Source: Myxococcales bacterium (GTDB taxonomy: Bacteria; Myxococcota_A; Polyangia; Polyangiales; GCA-016699535). From it: DNA of 64,000 nucleotides. The stretch spans positions 1,522,179-1,586,178 of the forward strand of contig JACKDX010000001.1 of assembly GCA_020633325.1 (NCBI GenBank), written 5' to 3'. A program made the position numbers and the translations under genes. Each line of letters starts with the position of its first letter. Position 1 is the stretch's first letter. Below are positions 25,324 through 33,919 of this stretch, one piece after another. Under the pieces are notes generated by a model. That model saw only the letters and a program-made list of their open reading frames with translations, searched no databases and had not been told where the DNA came from.

Positions 25324-27492
25324 CTAAGGGAGTGCGCCATTCAGTTTCAGGTATGCCGCCGGAGAATCCTGTCCCGCAAAAGCGCGAATGTCGCGCCGGG
25401 ATGTCCCTTCGCCGGCTTGGGGGTGCCGTGCGGACAGGCGGTATCGCCCGGGAGCCACCTCTAGGCGGAAACTCCCTTTTTCGCCTGTCGTGGCGCTTTC
25501 CTCCCATAGAGGTGGGTCTCCAAAAGCCACTTGGGCTCCGGGTACTGGATCGCCATGCCGATCGACGACTTCGCCGGAGATACTGCCGGCGGGCTCAAGC
25601 TCGATGCTGTGTACATCGACCTGCGACAAGCCTGATGAATGGGGAGTGAGAACGGCAGTTTTTTCCGCGGGAATATACCCGGGCGCGCTAAAAGTTAAGG
25701 AATAATTTCCGGCGATTAGTCGCGAAATCTCGAATTTACCCGAAGTGTTGGCATGGGCCGTGCGGGCTTCTCGGGAATCTTCGAGCAGGCGGGCCGTTAT
25801 TGTGGCATTACCAATGCCAATGCCTCGATGTTTATCAAAGATCTGGCCGGTTATCGCGCCCCCGGGATGGAGCTCAATCGTGAGATCGTCTCGCTCAGCG
25901 ACCTGAGATTGTTGATAGAGCGCAAAATCCGCGTGCTCAACACTCAGCGAATACGGTGGCTCCGGCAGTCCTGAAAGCGCGAACCGACCGTCGCTGCCGG
26001 TCACCGTGGAACGCCGAACGCTGCTAGTGCGCACCGTGACTTGCGCGCCGGCGACCCCAAAACGCCCGCGCTCCCGCACTTGTCCTGCCAGGGTAAAGGC
26101 CGCATGGGCGAGCCTTAGCGTGACCGCGTGTCTCATCCCCGGCTGCACCTCGAGAGTGGTGCGCGCGAGCGACTCACGTCCCCCATAAGCATCAATCTCC
26201 ACCACCCCAAAGAGGGAGTCGACTTGGAATCTCCCGTCGTTTCCACTGAGCGTTTGTCTGGGCCAGGGTTCGCGCGCCACTTTGACCTGGACGCGCACGT
26301 GGGGGACAGGCAGGCCCACAGCATCCATCACTTGGCCATCGATGCTGCCGCCTTTGCTGAGCATTATCGTGATGTTCTTTAGGGTGGCGCCCGCCTTTAC
26401 TATTAGCGGATTGCTGAACGACCAGGCGTACGACGGGTGACGCGCAATAATTTGCAGCTTTCCTGAAGGGACTCCCATGAGGGAAAAGTGGCCGGTGCCG
26501 TCTGACACAAACCGGCTGTCAACCGGGGCTGGGTTTGCGCTTTCGGGTAAGGCCAACGGTGTGTGGGGTATGCGCGGCACCTTCCCATAAGTCACGCCGA
26601 GTTCTCCTTGAGGATATACGGGCGTCGGTCCGTTCATCTGTGCGTCAAAAAGCGCATCACGAAACACCTCTGTGTTGGCCGAAAGCAGGATAGGCATATC
26701 ATCGGTTTCGCTACCCATGAGTTCCAAAGAAGCCCCGGCTATGGCTGATCCACTTTCGTCCACGAGACGACCACTAAGCACCGCGCCCCGTTCGAGTGTG
26801 AACGTGATAGGTGGTCCACCTGGCGCATGTTGCGCTCCGATGAGCGGCACATAGCCTGCCGCGCGCACAGAAATGCGGTGAATCATCGCGCGGAGCCCCG
26901 CCATATGAAAGCGCCCCTCGTTATCCGTACGGGTGGCTTTCGGAATGAACCCGAGCGCGTCCTCGCTGATGATGACCTGTGCGTTGGCAATGGGTTTGTG
27001 CGTGCCCACATCCCGCACCACGGCGCTCAAGGTTTGTCCTGGTTTGAGGACCAGCTCGACCTCCCGAGATTCCCCATCCTTAAGCAAAAGGCCTTCAAGC
27101 GGATCGGCAACCAGCTTCGCGTGCGTGGCGCGTATTTCGTATATCCCCTCGGGCACGCCGGTGATATGAAAACGTCCTTTGCTGTCAGTGACTGCTTTTC
27201 GTGCGGGCCATACTCCGCTCCCGGCAAAGATGACTTCTACCTGGGGCATGGGGAGCGCGTGCTCGTCGTGCACGTAACCATGAAAGGCACCCGTGGCATT
27301 GGCTTGAATGTGGGTGCTTGAGCTGAGCTTGGAATCCTCACCCAGCGACGCCAGGGGCTCCCTACCTTTTAAGCTGGAAGGAGAGGGGCGGGCGGGGTTT
27401 GGAACGTCGGGCCGAAGGGCTAGCATCGCGAGCGCGACAGCCAAGAGCGGGAGATTGGGACGTCGCATTTTGCGTAGTATGCTTTGGCCCAT
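25324..27492 (-). CDS. Secreted protein made of about seven carboxypeptidase-regulatory-like (CarboxypepD_reg, beta-sandwich) domains
   Basis: Recurrent units of about 80-90 aa of the type G-x-V-x-D...G-x-P-(V/I)-x-x-A-x-V...(T/S)-D-x-x-G-R-F-x-(I/L)-x-G-(L/V)-P-x-G-x-Y (e.g. TDSKGRFHITGVPEGIYEI, TGSDGRFALSGLPEPPYSL, TGEKGSFRLEVAPGRYRL). Signal peptide MRRPNLPLLAVALAMLAL. Start is uncertain (ATG 27492 or 27468; the ORF extends to 27585). Confidence 0.75.
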   Translation of the reverse strand: MGQSILRKMRRPNLPLLAVALAMLALRPDVPNPARPSPSSLKGREPLASLGEDSKLSSSTHIQANATGAFHGYVHDEHALPMPQVEVIFAGSGVWPARKAVTDSKGRFHITGVPEGIYEIRATHAKLVADPLEGLLLKDGESREVELVLKPGQTLSAVVRDVGTHKPIANAQVIISEDALGFIPKATRTDNEGRFHMAGLRAMIHRISVRAAGYVPLIGAQHAPGGPPITFTLERGAVLSGRLVDESGSAIAGASLELMGSETDDMPILLSANTEVFRDALFDAQMNGPTPVYPQGELGVTYGKVPRIPHTPLALPESANPAPVDSRFVSDGTGHFSLMGVPSGKLQIIARHPSYAWSFSNPLIVKAGATLKNITIMLSKGGSIDGQVMDAVGLPVPHVRVQVKVAREPWPRQTLSGNDGRFQVDSLFGVVEIDAYGGRESLARTTLEVQPGMRHAVTLRLAHAAFTLAGQVRERGRFGVAGAQVTVRTSSVRRSTVTGSDGRFALSGLPEPPYSLSVEHADFALYQQSQVAERDDLTIELHPGGAITGQIFDKHRGIGIGNATITARLLEDSREARTAHANTSGKFEISRLIAGNYSLTFSAPGYIPAEKTAVLTPHSSGLSQVDVHSIELEPAGSISGEVVDRHGDPVPGAQVAFGDPPLWEESATTGEKGSFRLEVAPGRYRLSARHPQAGEGTSRRDIRAFAGQDSPAAYLKLNGALP

Positions 27493-27568
27493 GGCGTCTA
27501 AACGGGAATACCCTGGCCCATAGGGAGGCGGCATTGTCACTCCTTCATGGTACAGAGCTTTTGACCCA

Positions 27569-28552
27569 ATGACACCCAGCGGCATTCACCAAGAGGGCTC
27601 CGAGCAGCCGATTGTGTTGCGATTTTTTGTGGAGCACGAATTCGCGGGCGTGCGTCTCGACCGATTCGTGCAGTTGCGCATACCCCGGCTTTCGAGGACC
27701 CGCGCCCAGGCCATCATCAAAGCGTGCGCGTTTCGGGAAGACGGCTCACGTCGCCGTCCCAGCGATAAGGTCAGGGCGGGAGAAACGGTCCTGCTCGTGC
27801 GGTCCCGTTTTGAGGAGCCTGATGCACCGAGGGAGTTCGGCATTATTTATGAGGACCAGGAGCTGTTGATCGTGGACAAGCCCGCGGGCCTGCCCGTTCA
27901 TCCGAGCGCCACGTATCACCGCAACACATTGACCTGGTTGCTGAAGGAACAGTTTCCGGAGAATCCTCCCCGGATCGTGCATCGCTTGGACAAGGAAACC
28001 AGTGGCGTGTTGGTGTGCGCGCGCAGTCTCGCGTCCGAGCGGGCGCTTAAGCAGTGTTTCGAACGCCGCACGATGCAAAAGGAGTATCTGGCGATTGTGC
28101 ACGGGACCGTGAAACCCGACGAGGGCCGTATCGAGTTACCAATGATTGCGGCGCCTGAACAATTCCATATGTTGATGCGCGTTTGTGATAAAGGTACGGG
28201 GCTTATGGCGTTAACGGACTTCAAGGTGCAAGCACGGGGATCTCGGTATTCGATGTTACGGCTTTTCCCGCAAACCGGACGTCAGCATCAGCTGCGGGTG
28301 CATCTTGCGGCGCTTGGCCATCCGATCGTGGGGGATAAGCTTTATGGGCGGGATGGAATGGCGCCGTTCTGGGAGTTTGTACGCCACGGGATGAGCGTGG
28401 AGCTTGCGAAATCGTTGGGGCATTGGCGACATGCGCTTCATGCGTGTACGCTGCGTATGCCGCGTTTGGGGACGCAGGCCATGATGACGTGGGAGGCTCC
28501 ATTTCCAGAAGACTTAAATCGCGTATGGGAGGAGCAGTGGTGTCAGCCGTAG
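27569..28552 (+). CDS. RluA-family (RluD-like) pseudouridine synthase with an N-terminal S4-like domain
   Basis: VHRLDKETSGVLVCAR catalytic-Asp motif. LIVDKPAGLPVHPS. HQLRVHLAALGHPIVGDKLYG. Confidence 0.9.
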   Translation: MTPSGIHQEGSEQPIVLRFFVEHEFAGVRLDRFVQLRIPRLSRTRAQAIIKACAFREDGSRRRPSDKVRAGETVLLVRSRFEEPDAPREFGIIYEDQELLIVDKPAGLPVHPSATYHRNTLTWLLKEQFPENPPRIVHRLDKETSGVLVCARSLASERALKQCFERRTMQKEYLAIVHGTVKPDEGRIELPMIAAPEQFHMLMRVCDKGTGLMALTDFKVQARGSRYSMLRLFPQTGRQHQLRVHLAALGHPIVGDKLYGRDGMAPFWEFVRHGMSVELAKSLGHWRHALHACTLRMPRLGTQAMMTWEAPFPEDLNRVWEEQWCQP

Positions 28553-29079
28553 CGCTACGGCATGGGTGCGCGATGGTGTTTTTGCTTATTGCCGGTTGCG
28601 GGGGACGCGCTCATACGTCGATTCCGCTCACGTCCAGCCAGATGGCGCTGTTTGATCACGGTATTGACTGGATTGCGACACCCTCGGCGCTTGAGGGGCA
28701 GTGGAAAGTCGAGTGGTACAACGAACTCGAGCAACGAATCAGGTATGCAGACGTAGTGGCGGTGTGCGTGGTTCGGACACTTAGAACGGACGCGGATCAC
28801 GAACAGGACACCGCCTACAGGATGACAGTGGAGTTAGGGAATGTGTTAAAAGGTGATGCCGGATCCGGCGAAGTGGAACTCACGGTAAGCAAGCAAGACG
28901 CCGGATTCGCGGTCGTAGAGTCGAACAGAAACCGTATTTTAGGCGGGGCGTTTGTGGTGTTTTTACGCAAGACAAGCGCTAGCACGAAGGACCACCGTGC
29001 GAGTTTTCACCTGCTCACTGCGAGTCCGGAAGTGATTGACATCGTCCAATCACGGATCGCTGCCAACGATAACACGTAA
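28540..29079 (+). CDS. Hypothetical lipoprotein
   Basis: (GTG)SAVALRHGCAMVFLLIAGCGG, with lipobox IAGC. Start is uncertain (GTG 28540 or ATG 28573); the ORF-track start 28423 lies inside the rluD-like gene. Confidence 0.5.
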   Translation: MSAVALRHGCAMVFLLIAGCGGRAHTSIPLTSSQMALFDHGIDWIATPSALEGQWKVEWYNELEQRIRYADVVAVCVVRTLRTDADHEQDTAYRMTVELGNVLKGDAGSGEVELTVSKQDAGFAVVESNRNRILGGAFVVFLRKTSASTKDHRASFHLLTASPEVIDIVQSRIAANDNT

Positions 29080-29086
29080 CCGTTGC

Positions 29087-30373
29087 CTATGTTTTTTTGT
29101 GTATCGATCTGCTGTCTTCCGATACCTGCGTGGGCTCGGCGGAGAGCTCGTGTTCCAAGGTGGTCTCCAGGGTGTCATCCTGAGAGCCCACATGGTCTGC
29201 TGACGTGATGTCCCTTTCTAGAGATAGAGGCTCCTGCACATTGACCATTAGCGTGCGCATTTCGTGTAGCGCCCGGCCGCTGGGGCGCTTTTCGCTATCA
29301 TCATGACTGCGAGTGGGGCTGGGATTAAAGCTCGAATACGGGGCATCCGGACCAAGTACTTCAGCGATGAGATTAATCCCGAAATCACTGCTTAGCGCAT
29401 CCCCGATGGCATATTCCTCCATGGCTCGGAGCTCACTTTCTATTTCCGGAGCCCAGATTTTTCGCTGGGATTCAGCCAGTTTGGTGCGGGTATAGTGCGG
29501 ATTAATGGTCCGGATGAACTCTAGCAACGCATCGCGAAACTCAATGGAGGTTTGGTAACGGCCGGAACGAGAGCGCGCCATGGCACGCTCAATAATGCGG
29601 GCAAGCTGATCGGGAACGCGCGGATTTACGTCTTGACATGCAGGTGGCGCGGCCTCTCTCACCGCGAAGATAAGATCCATCTCGTTGTCCGCGTGAAACG
29701 CAGGCTGGCCGGTAGCAAGTTCGTAGACGACGCTACCGGCGCTGAAGATATCGCTGCGCAAGTCTAAGGTACGGCCGTAGGTCTGCTCGGGCGACATGTA
29801 ACGAATTTTCCCCTTGATGATGCCCGTTTTTGTACGAATGCGGCTGTGTCTTGCCTTGGCGATACCGAAGTCGCATATTTTTATGCGCCCGTCGTAAGAC
29901 ACCAATACATTGGAAGGGCTAAAGTCTCTGTGGACAATCGCGAGAACCTCGCCTCTGCGATCGCGTGCGCAATGCGCGTGATGCAAACCATCAAGTGCAC
30001 GCGCGATGATGTAAGCAGCATTGTCGAGTTCCATTAGCATTCCGCGCGATTGAAGACGGTCGATGATGGACCGAAGATCCTTTCCGTCGACATATTCCAT
30101 GGCGATCAACAGAGACCTCTCCACTTCGGCCAGCTCATAGACCTCGGCGATATTGGGATGGCGCAAATGGCTGACGAGCTTGAATTCGTCAGTCAGCATG
30201 TCCAAAAACTGCGGCTCCTCTAAGTAATAGGGGAGAACCTTCTTGATGGCGATATCCTTCCTAAACCCCTCTTCATAGGTGAATCCCCTAAAGATTTCCG
30301 CCATCCCGCCGAATGCGATACGAGTCATGATCTGGTAGCGACCGAGTTGTTTGGTGCGACGCATGACTTTCAA
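29087..30373 (-). CDS. Hanks-type Ser/Thr protein kinase (cytoplasmic, no TM seen)
   Basis: FGGMAEIFRG, AIKKV, HRDFSPSNVLV, DFGIAK, YMSPEQ. Confidence 0.9.
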   Translation of the reverse strand: MKVMRRTKQLGRYQIMTRIAFGGMAEIFRGFTYEEGFRKDIAIKKVLPYYLEEPQFLDMLTDEFKLVSHLRHPNIAEVYELAEVERSLLIAMEYVDGKDLRSIIDRLQSRGMLMELDNAAYIIARALDGLHHAHCARDRRGEVLAIVHRDFSPSNVLVSYDGRIKICDFGIAKARHSRIRTKTGIIKGKIRYMSPEQTYGRTLDLRSDIFSAGSVVYELATGQPAFHADNEMDLIFAVREAAPPACQDVNPRVPDQLARIIERAMARSRSGRYQTSIEFRDALLEFIRTINPHYTRTKLAESQRKIWAPEIESELRAMEEYAIGDALSSDFGINLIAEVLGPDAPYSSFNPSPTRSHDDSEKRPSGRALHEMRTLMVNVQEPLSLERDITSADHVGSQDDTLETTLEHELSAEPTQVSEDSRSIHKKT

Positions 30374-30415
30374 TTATAATAACGGCAAACGGGGACAGGG
30401 TATAGCGTAAGGGAA

Positions 30416-30898
30416 ATGCAAGCGTCTACATTCAAACGAATCTTATTGCTGGGATTTTATTTCGGTGTGGGTCTGTGTGCGACGTGCGAGCGCTCTAATT
30501 CGGGCGAGGGTGCATCGGCGCCTTTGGTGGCTTCGGCCAAACCCAATGCTGAAAAGGCGTTTGAGCTGCACGCTAAAACCGAAGAGCGATATGCGCCCAA
30601 CACCTGGCAAGTCTTCAATGTCACCGTGGACGTTAAAGGATCTTGGCATCTGAACCGTGACTTTCCCACAGAGCTAAACTTCGTTGACTTACCGACCGCA
30701 GTAAAGTTGCGCAAGCCAACGCTGAGCGGCAAGGATGCCGTGACGTTCACCGAGCCGCAGTTGCGCTTTGAGGTGCCCTTCATGGCTTCCCCCGGGAAGC
30801 ACGCCGTCAAAGCCGAGTTGGCTTTTGCGGTGTGCACTGCGCAATCCTGCGTTCCTGAGCACCGCACTGTCGAGTTGTCCCTCAATGTGACAGACTAA
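30416..30898 (+). CDS. Secreted or lipoprotein with a DsbD-N-terminal/DsbC-like (thiol-disulfide) domain
   Basis: Signal peptide with Cys (GVGLCATC). KGSWHLNRDFPTEL and C-terminal LAFAVCTAQSCVPEHRTVELSL resemble the GWH...C-x3-C ending of DsbD alpha-type domains. Confidence 0.45.
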   Translation: MQASTFKRILLLGFYFGVGLCATCERSNSGEGASAPLVASAKPNAEKAFELHAKTEERYAPNTWQVFNVTVDVKGSWHLNRDFPTELNFVDLPTAVKLRKPTLSGKDAVTFTEPQLRFEVPFMASPGKHAVKAELAFAVCTAQSCVPEHRTVELSLNVTD

Positions 30899-30902
30899 TC
30901 TG

Positions 30903-33116
30903 ATGCGTGAGCGCATCGAACAGATCGCGAGCTCGATCAAGCGCCAGTTTGATGCGGAGCGCCCCGTGCTTTCTTTCGAGGAGTATCTAGAGCTCTTTAA
31001 GGAAAATCCGTGGCGGCACACTCGCGATGCTGCGCGCTACCTTCGCGATTGCTTTGATCATGCAGGCAGCTACGCAGTCAAGAGGCCGTGGGGCGAGAGT
31101 CGAAGATTTCGGCTGTTTGATCGGACCGACGGACTCGAGCATGATGCGATTCATCACGACCTGTGTCTAATCGGGCATGAGCAGGTGCAGGATGCGTTCT
31201 ATCGGGCGTTGTCTAACTTCGTTCGCGAGGGCCGTCCCAATCGCCTTATCTTGCTGCATGGCCCAAACGGAAGCGCCAAAAGTACTTTTGCGAGCTGCGT
31301 ATTGCGCGCGCTTGAGCGCTACTCCCATTCGGACGAGGGGCCTCTCTACACGTTTTCATGGGTGTTTCCAGGTGGCCAAGATGGTAAAACTATTGGGTTT
31401 TCTGCAAAAAAGCTCGCCCATGGCGGCGATAGCTTCGCCCATCTCGATGAAGACCAAATCGAGGTGAAAATGCGCAGTGAATTGCGTGAATCCCCCCTGC
31501 TGTTGTTGCCCAAAGCTGAACGACAGCGATTGCTGATAGAGTTTTACGACAAAGAGGGCATTGGGGAGGCGCCGCCCGAGGGTTTGTTTGACGGCGAACT
31601 AAGCCACAAGAACCGCCAAATTTTTCAGGCTCTTCTGACCGCATATCATGGCGACCTCAAGCGGGTGCTGGCTCATGCGCGCATCGAGCGCTTTCATATT
31701 TCACGCCGATATCGCGTCGGAGCGGTAACGGTCGGTCCGCAAATGTCAGTGGATGCACATGAGCGGCAAATCTCCCAGGACATGTCGCTTAATTCGCTGC
31801 CGGCATCATTGAGCGCCTTGACGCTCTATGAGGCGTTTGGGGATCTCGTCGACGCATCGGGCGGCATACTCGAATACAGCGACTTGCTCAAGCGACCCCT
31901 TGAAGCTTGGAAGTATTTACTCTTGGCCATTGAAGACGGCCAAGTTCCGCTCGCCATGTCGAATTTGTCTCTCAACAGCGTTTTTATTGCCAGCTCGAAC
32001 GAGCTTCATCTGGCAGCGTTTAGAGAGCACCACGAATACAACTCATTTCGTGCGCGCATCAATCCGATTCGCATGCCCTATCTGCTGGATTACGTCCAGG
32101 AGCAGGAGATCTATGACACGCAAATCGTGCCCCACCTCAGCTGTCCTCCTGCACCTCATGCGACCATGGTGGCGGCGCTATGGGCGGTTTTGACGCGCTT
32201 GCGTCATGCGCAACGAGACAGCTTTGAAAATCCGGCACTGGGGCAGCTGGCGGCAGAACTCACGCCGCTAGAAAAAGCCGATTTGTACGCCGAGGGGCGG
32301 GTGCCGGAACGGCTATCGCGGGAAGATGCAGCGCTTTTGCGTGCGGGTATCGGGACATTGTGGAAGGAGGCGGATGCTCACGCGCACTACGAAGGACTCA
32401 CGGGCGCCTCTCCTCGCGAACTACGGACGCTGCTCTTGGATGCCGCGCAACGTCCCGGCTCGGACCATTTGTCTCCTGTCGCGGTGCTCGAACAAATCGA
32501 AGCTCTCTGTATTCGGAGTGATTATCCGTTTTTGAAAGAGACGGCGGAAGCGGCTTATCACGACCATCGCGGGTTTATCGCAACGGTGCGCCAACGGTGG
32601 CTCGAGAAGGTGGACGATGAGCTTCGCATGTGCACGGGGTTGGTGAGACAGCAGCAGCATGTGGAGGTGTTCGATCGCTATGTGACCCACGTGTCGAATT
32701 GGTTGAAGAATGAGAAAGTTTACAGTCGTGCCACGGGCAGATACGACCTTCCCGATGAGGAATTCATGAAAGGAATAGAGGCAACTCTTGGAATCGACAC
32801 CGATTCCCGAGGTTTTCGCCGTAGCCTGATCAGTAAAATCGGGGCACATGCGCTTGATAATCCCGGCAAACCTGTCGATTACGAGGCCGTGTTCCCGCAA
32901 CCCATTCAGCGGCTACGACAAGCCTATTATCAGGAGCGGCAGGGGCAAATACGCCAAATTGCAGAGGATATGTTGGCGCTGGTCTCTTTCGAGGGAGCCA
33001 CGCTCGAAGGGACGCGCGAACCGCAGGCGCGGAAGACACTTGCCGCGATGAAAACCGCATGCGGCTATTCTGATGCATCTCTGCGCGTAGCCTTGAGCGA
33101 GTTGGTCAAGCTCTAA
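30903..33116 (+). CDS. prkA: PrkA-family serine protein kinase (AAA-type N-domain)
   Basis: ILLHGPNGSAKST Walker A. Size of about 740 aa and overall YeaG/PrkA-like sequence (YSDLLKRPLEAWKYLL, FIASSNE). Confidence 0.85.
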   Translation: MRERIEQIASSIKRQFDAERPVLSFEEYLELFKENPWRHTRDAARYLRDCFDHAGSYAVKRPWGESRRFRLFDRTDGLEHDAIHHDLCLIGHEQVQDAFYRALSNFVREGRPNRLILLHGPNGSAKSTFASCVLRALERYSHSDEGPLYTFSWVFPGGQDGKTIGFSAKKLAHGGDSFAHLDEDQIEVKMRSELRESPLLLLPKAERQRLLIEFYDKEGIGEAPPEGLFDGELSHKNRQIFQALLTAYHGDLKRVLAHARIERFHISRRYRVGAVTVGPQMSVDAHERQISQDMSLNSLPASLSALTLYEAFGDLVDASGGILEYSDLLKRPLEAWKYLLLAIEDGQVPLAMSNLSLNSVFIASSNELHLAAFREHHEYNSFRARINPIRMPYLLDYVQEQEIYDTQIVPHLSCPPAPHATMVAALWAVLTRLRHAQRDSFENPALGQLAAELTPLEKADLYAEGRVPERLSREDAALLRAGIGTLWKEADAHAHYEGLTGASPRELRTLLLDAAQRPGSDHLSPVAVLEQIEALCIRSDYPFLKETAEAAYHDHRGFIATVRQRWLEKVDDELRMCTGLVRQQQHVEVFDRYVTHVSNWLKNEKVYSRATGRYDLPDEEFMKGIEATLGIDTDSRGFRRSLISKIGAHALDNPGKPVDYEAVFPQPIQRLRQAYYQERQGQIRQIAEDMLALVSFEGATLEGTREPQARKTLAAMKTACGYSDASLRVALSELVKL

Positions 33117-33136
33117 ATATGTAGTACTATGTCCCA

Positions 33137-33898
33137 ATGTCCGTCCGACTGCAGGTCAACGTGGATCACGTTGCGACGTTGCGTCAGGCACGAGGGGCAT
33201 CATATCCGGATCCCATTCGCGTCGCTGAGTTGAGCGAACTCGCGGGCGTGGATGGCATCACGGTCCATCTGCGAGAGGACCGTCGGCACATTCAGGACGA
33301 AGACGTCCTTCGTCTGCGCAAAGTCGTCAGAAAGTTGAACCTTGAGATGGCTGCGACGCCGGCGATGCTGACATTCGCGCAACGTGCTCGCCCCAACACT
33401 GTGACCTTGGTGCCCGAGCGTCGTGAAGAAAAAACCACCGAAGGGGGACTCGATGTGGCTGGACATCGCGTGGTCATTGCTGAAATCTGCGCGGAGTTGA
33501 GCAAAACCGCTATTGCCCCCTATGTTTTTATTGATCCCGACGCGATCCAAGTGCAAGGCGCTCTAGACATCGGCTGCGCCGGGGTTGAATTTCACACCGG
33601 CGATTTTGCCAATGCCTCAGGAGAATCACAGGTGCGCGAGCAGCTCGCCCGACTACAGAGCGCAGCCCGCAAGCTCACGGACCAGTCTCCAGCGCTTGTC
33701 GTGGCTGCGGGGCACGGTCTTACGCTGGGGAATGTAGAATTGTTGGTGCGAGAGGTGCCTCAGCTTGGAGAGCTCAATATTGGTCACGCAATGATCGGGG
33801 ATGCGATTATTCTGGGCATTCAACAAGCCGTGTGCGCTTTTCGTCGCGCTATTCAAAATGGCCAACGTGGGCGACGCATGCCAGAGGACCGTTCCTAG
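33137..33898 (+). CDS. pdxJ: Pyridoxine 5'-phosphate synthase
   Basis: VNVDHVATLRQARGASYPDP, GITVHLREDRRHIQDEDV, NLEMA, TTEGGLDV. Collinear with E. coli PdxJ. Confidence 0.96.
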   Translation: MSVRLQVNVDHVATLRQARGASYPDPIRVAELSELAGVDGITVHLREDRRHIQDEDVLRLRKVVRKLNLEMAATPAMLTFAQRARPNTVTLVPERREEKTTEGGLDVAGHRVVIAEICAELSKTAIAPYVFIDPDAIQVQGALDIGCAGVEFHTGDFANASGESQVREQLARLQSAARKLTDQSPALVVAAGHGLTLGNVELLVREVPQLGELNIGHAMIGDAIILGIQQAVCAFRRAIQNGQRGRRMPEDRS

Positions 33899-33919
33899 CG
33901 CGCCTGGGGCGGGGTACCT

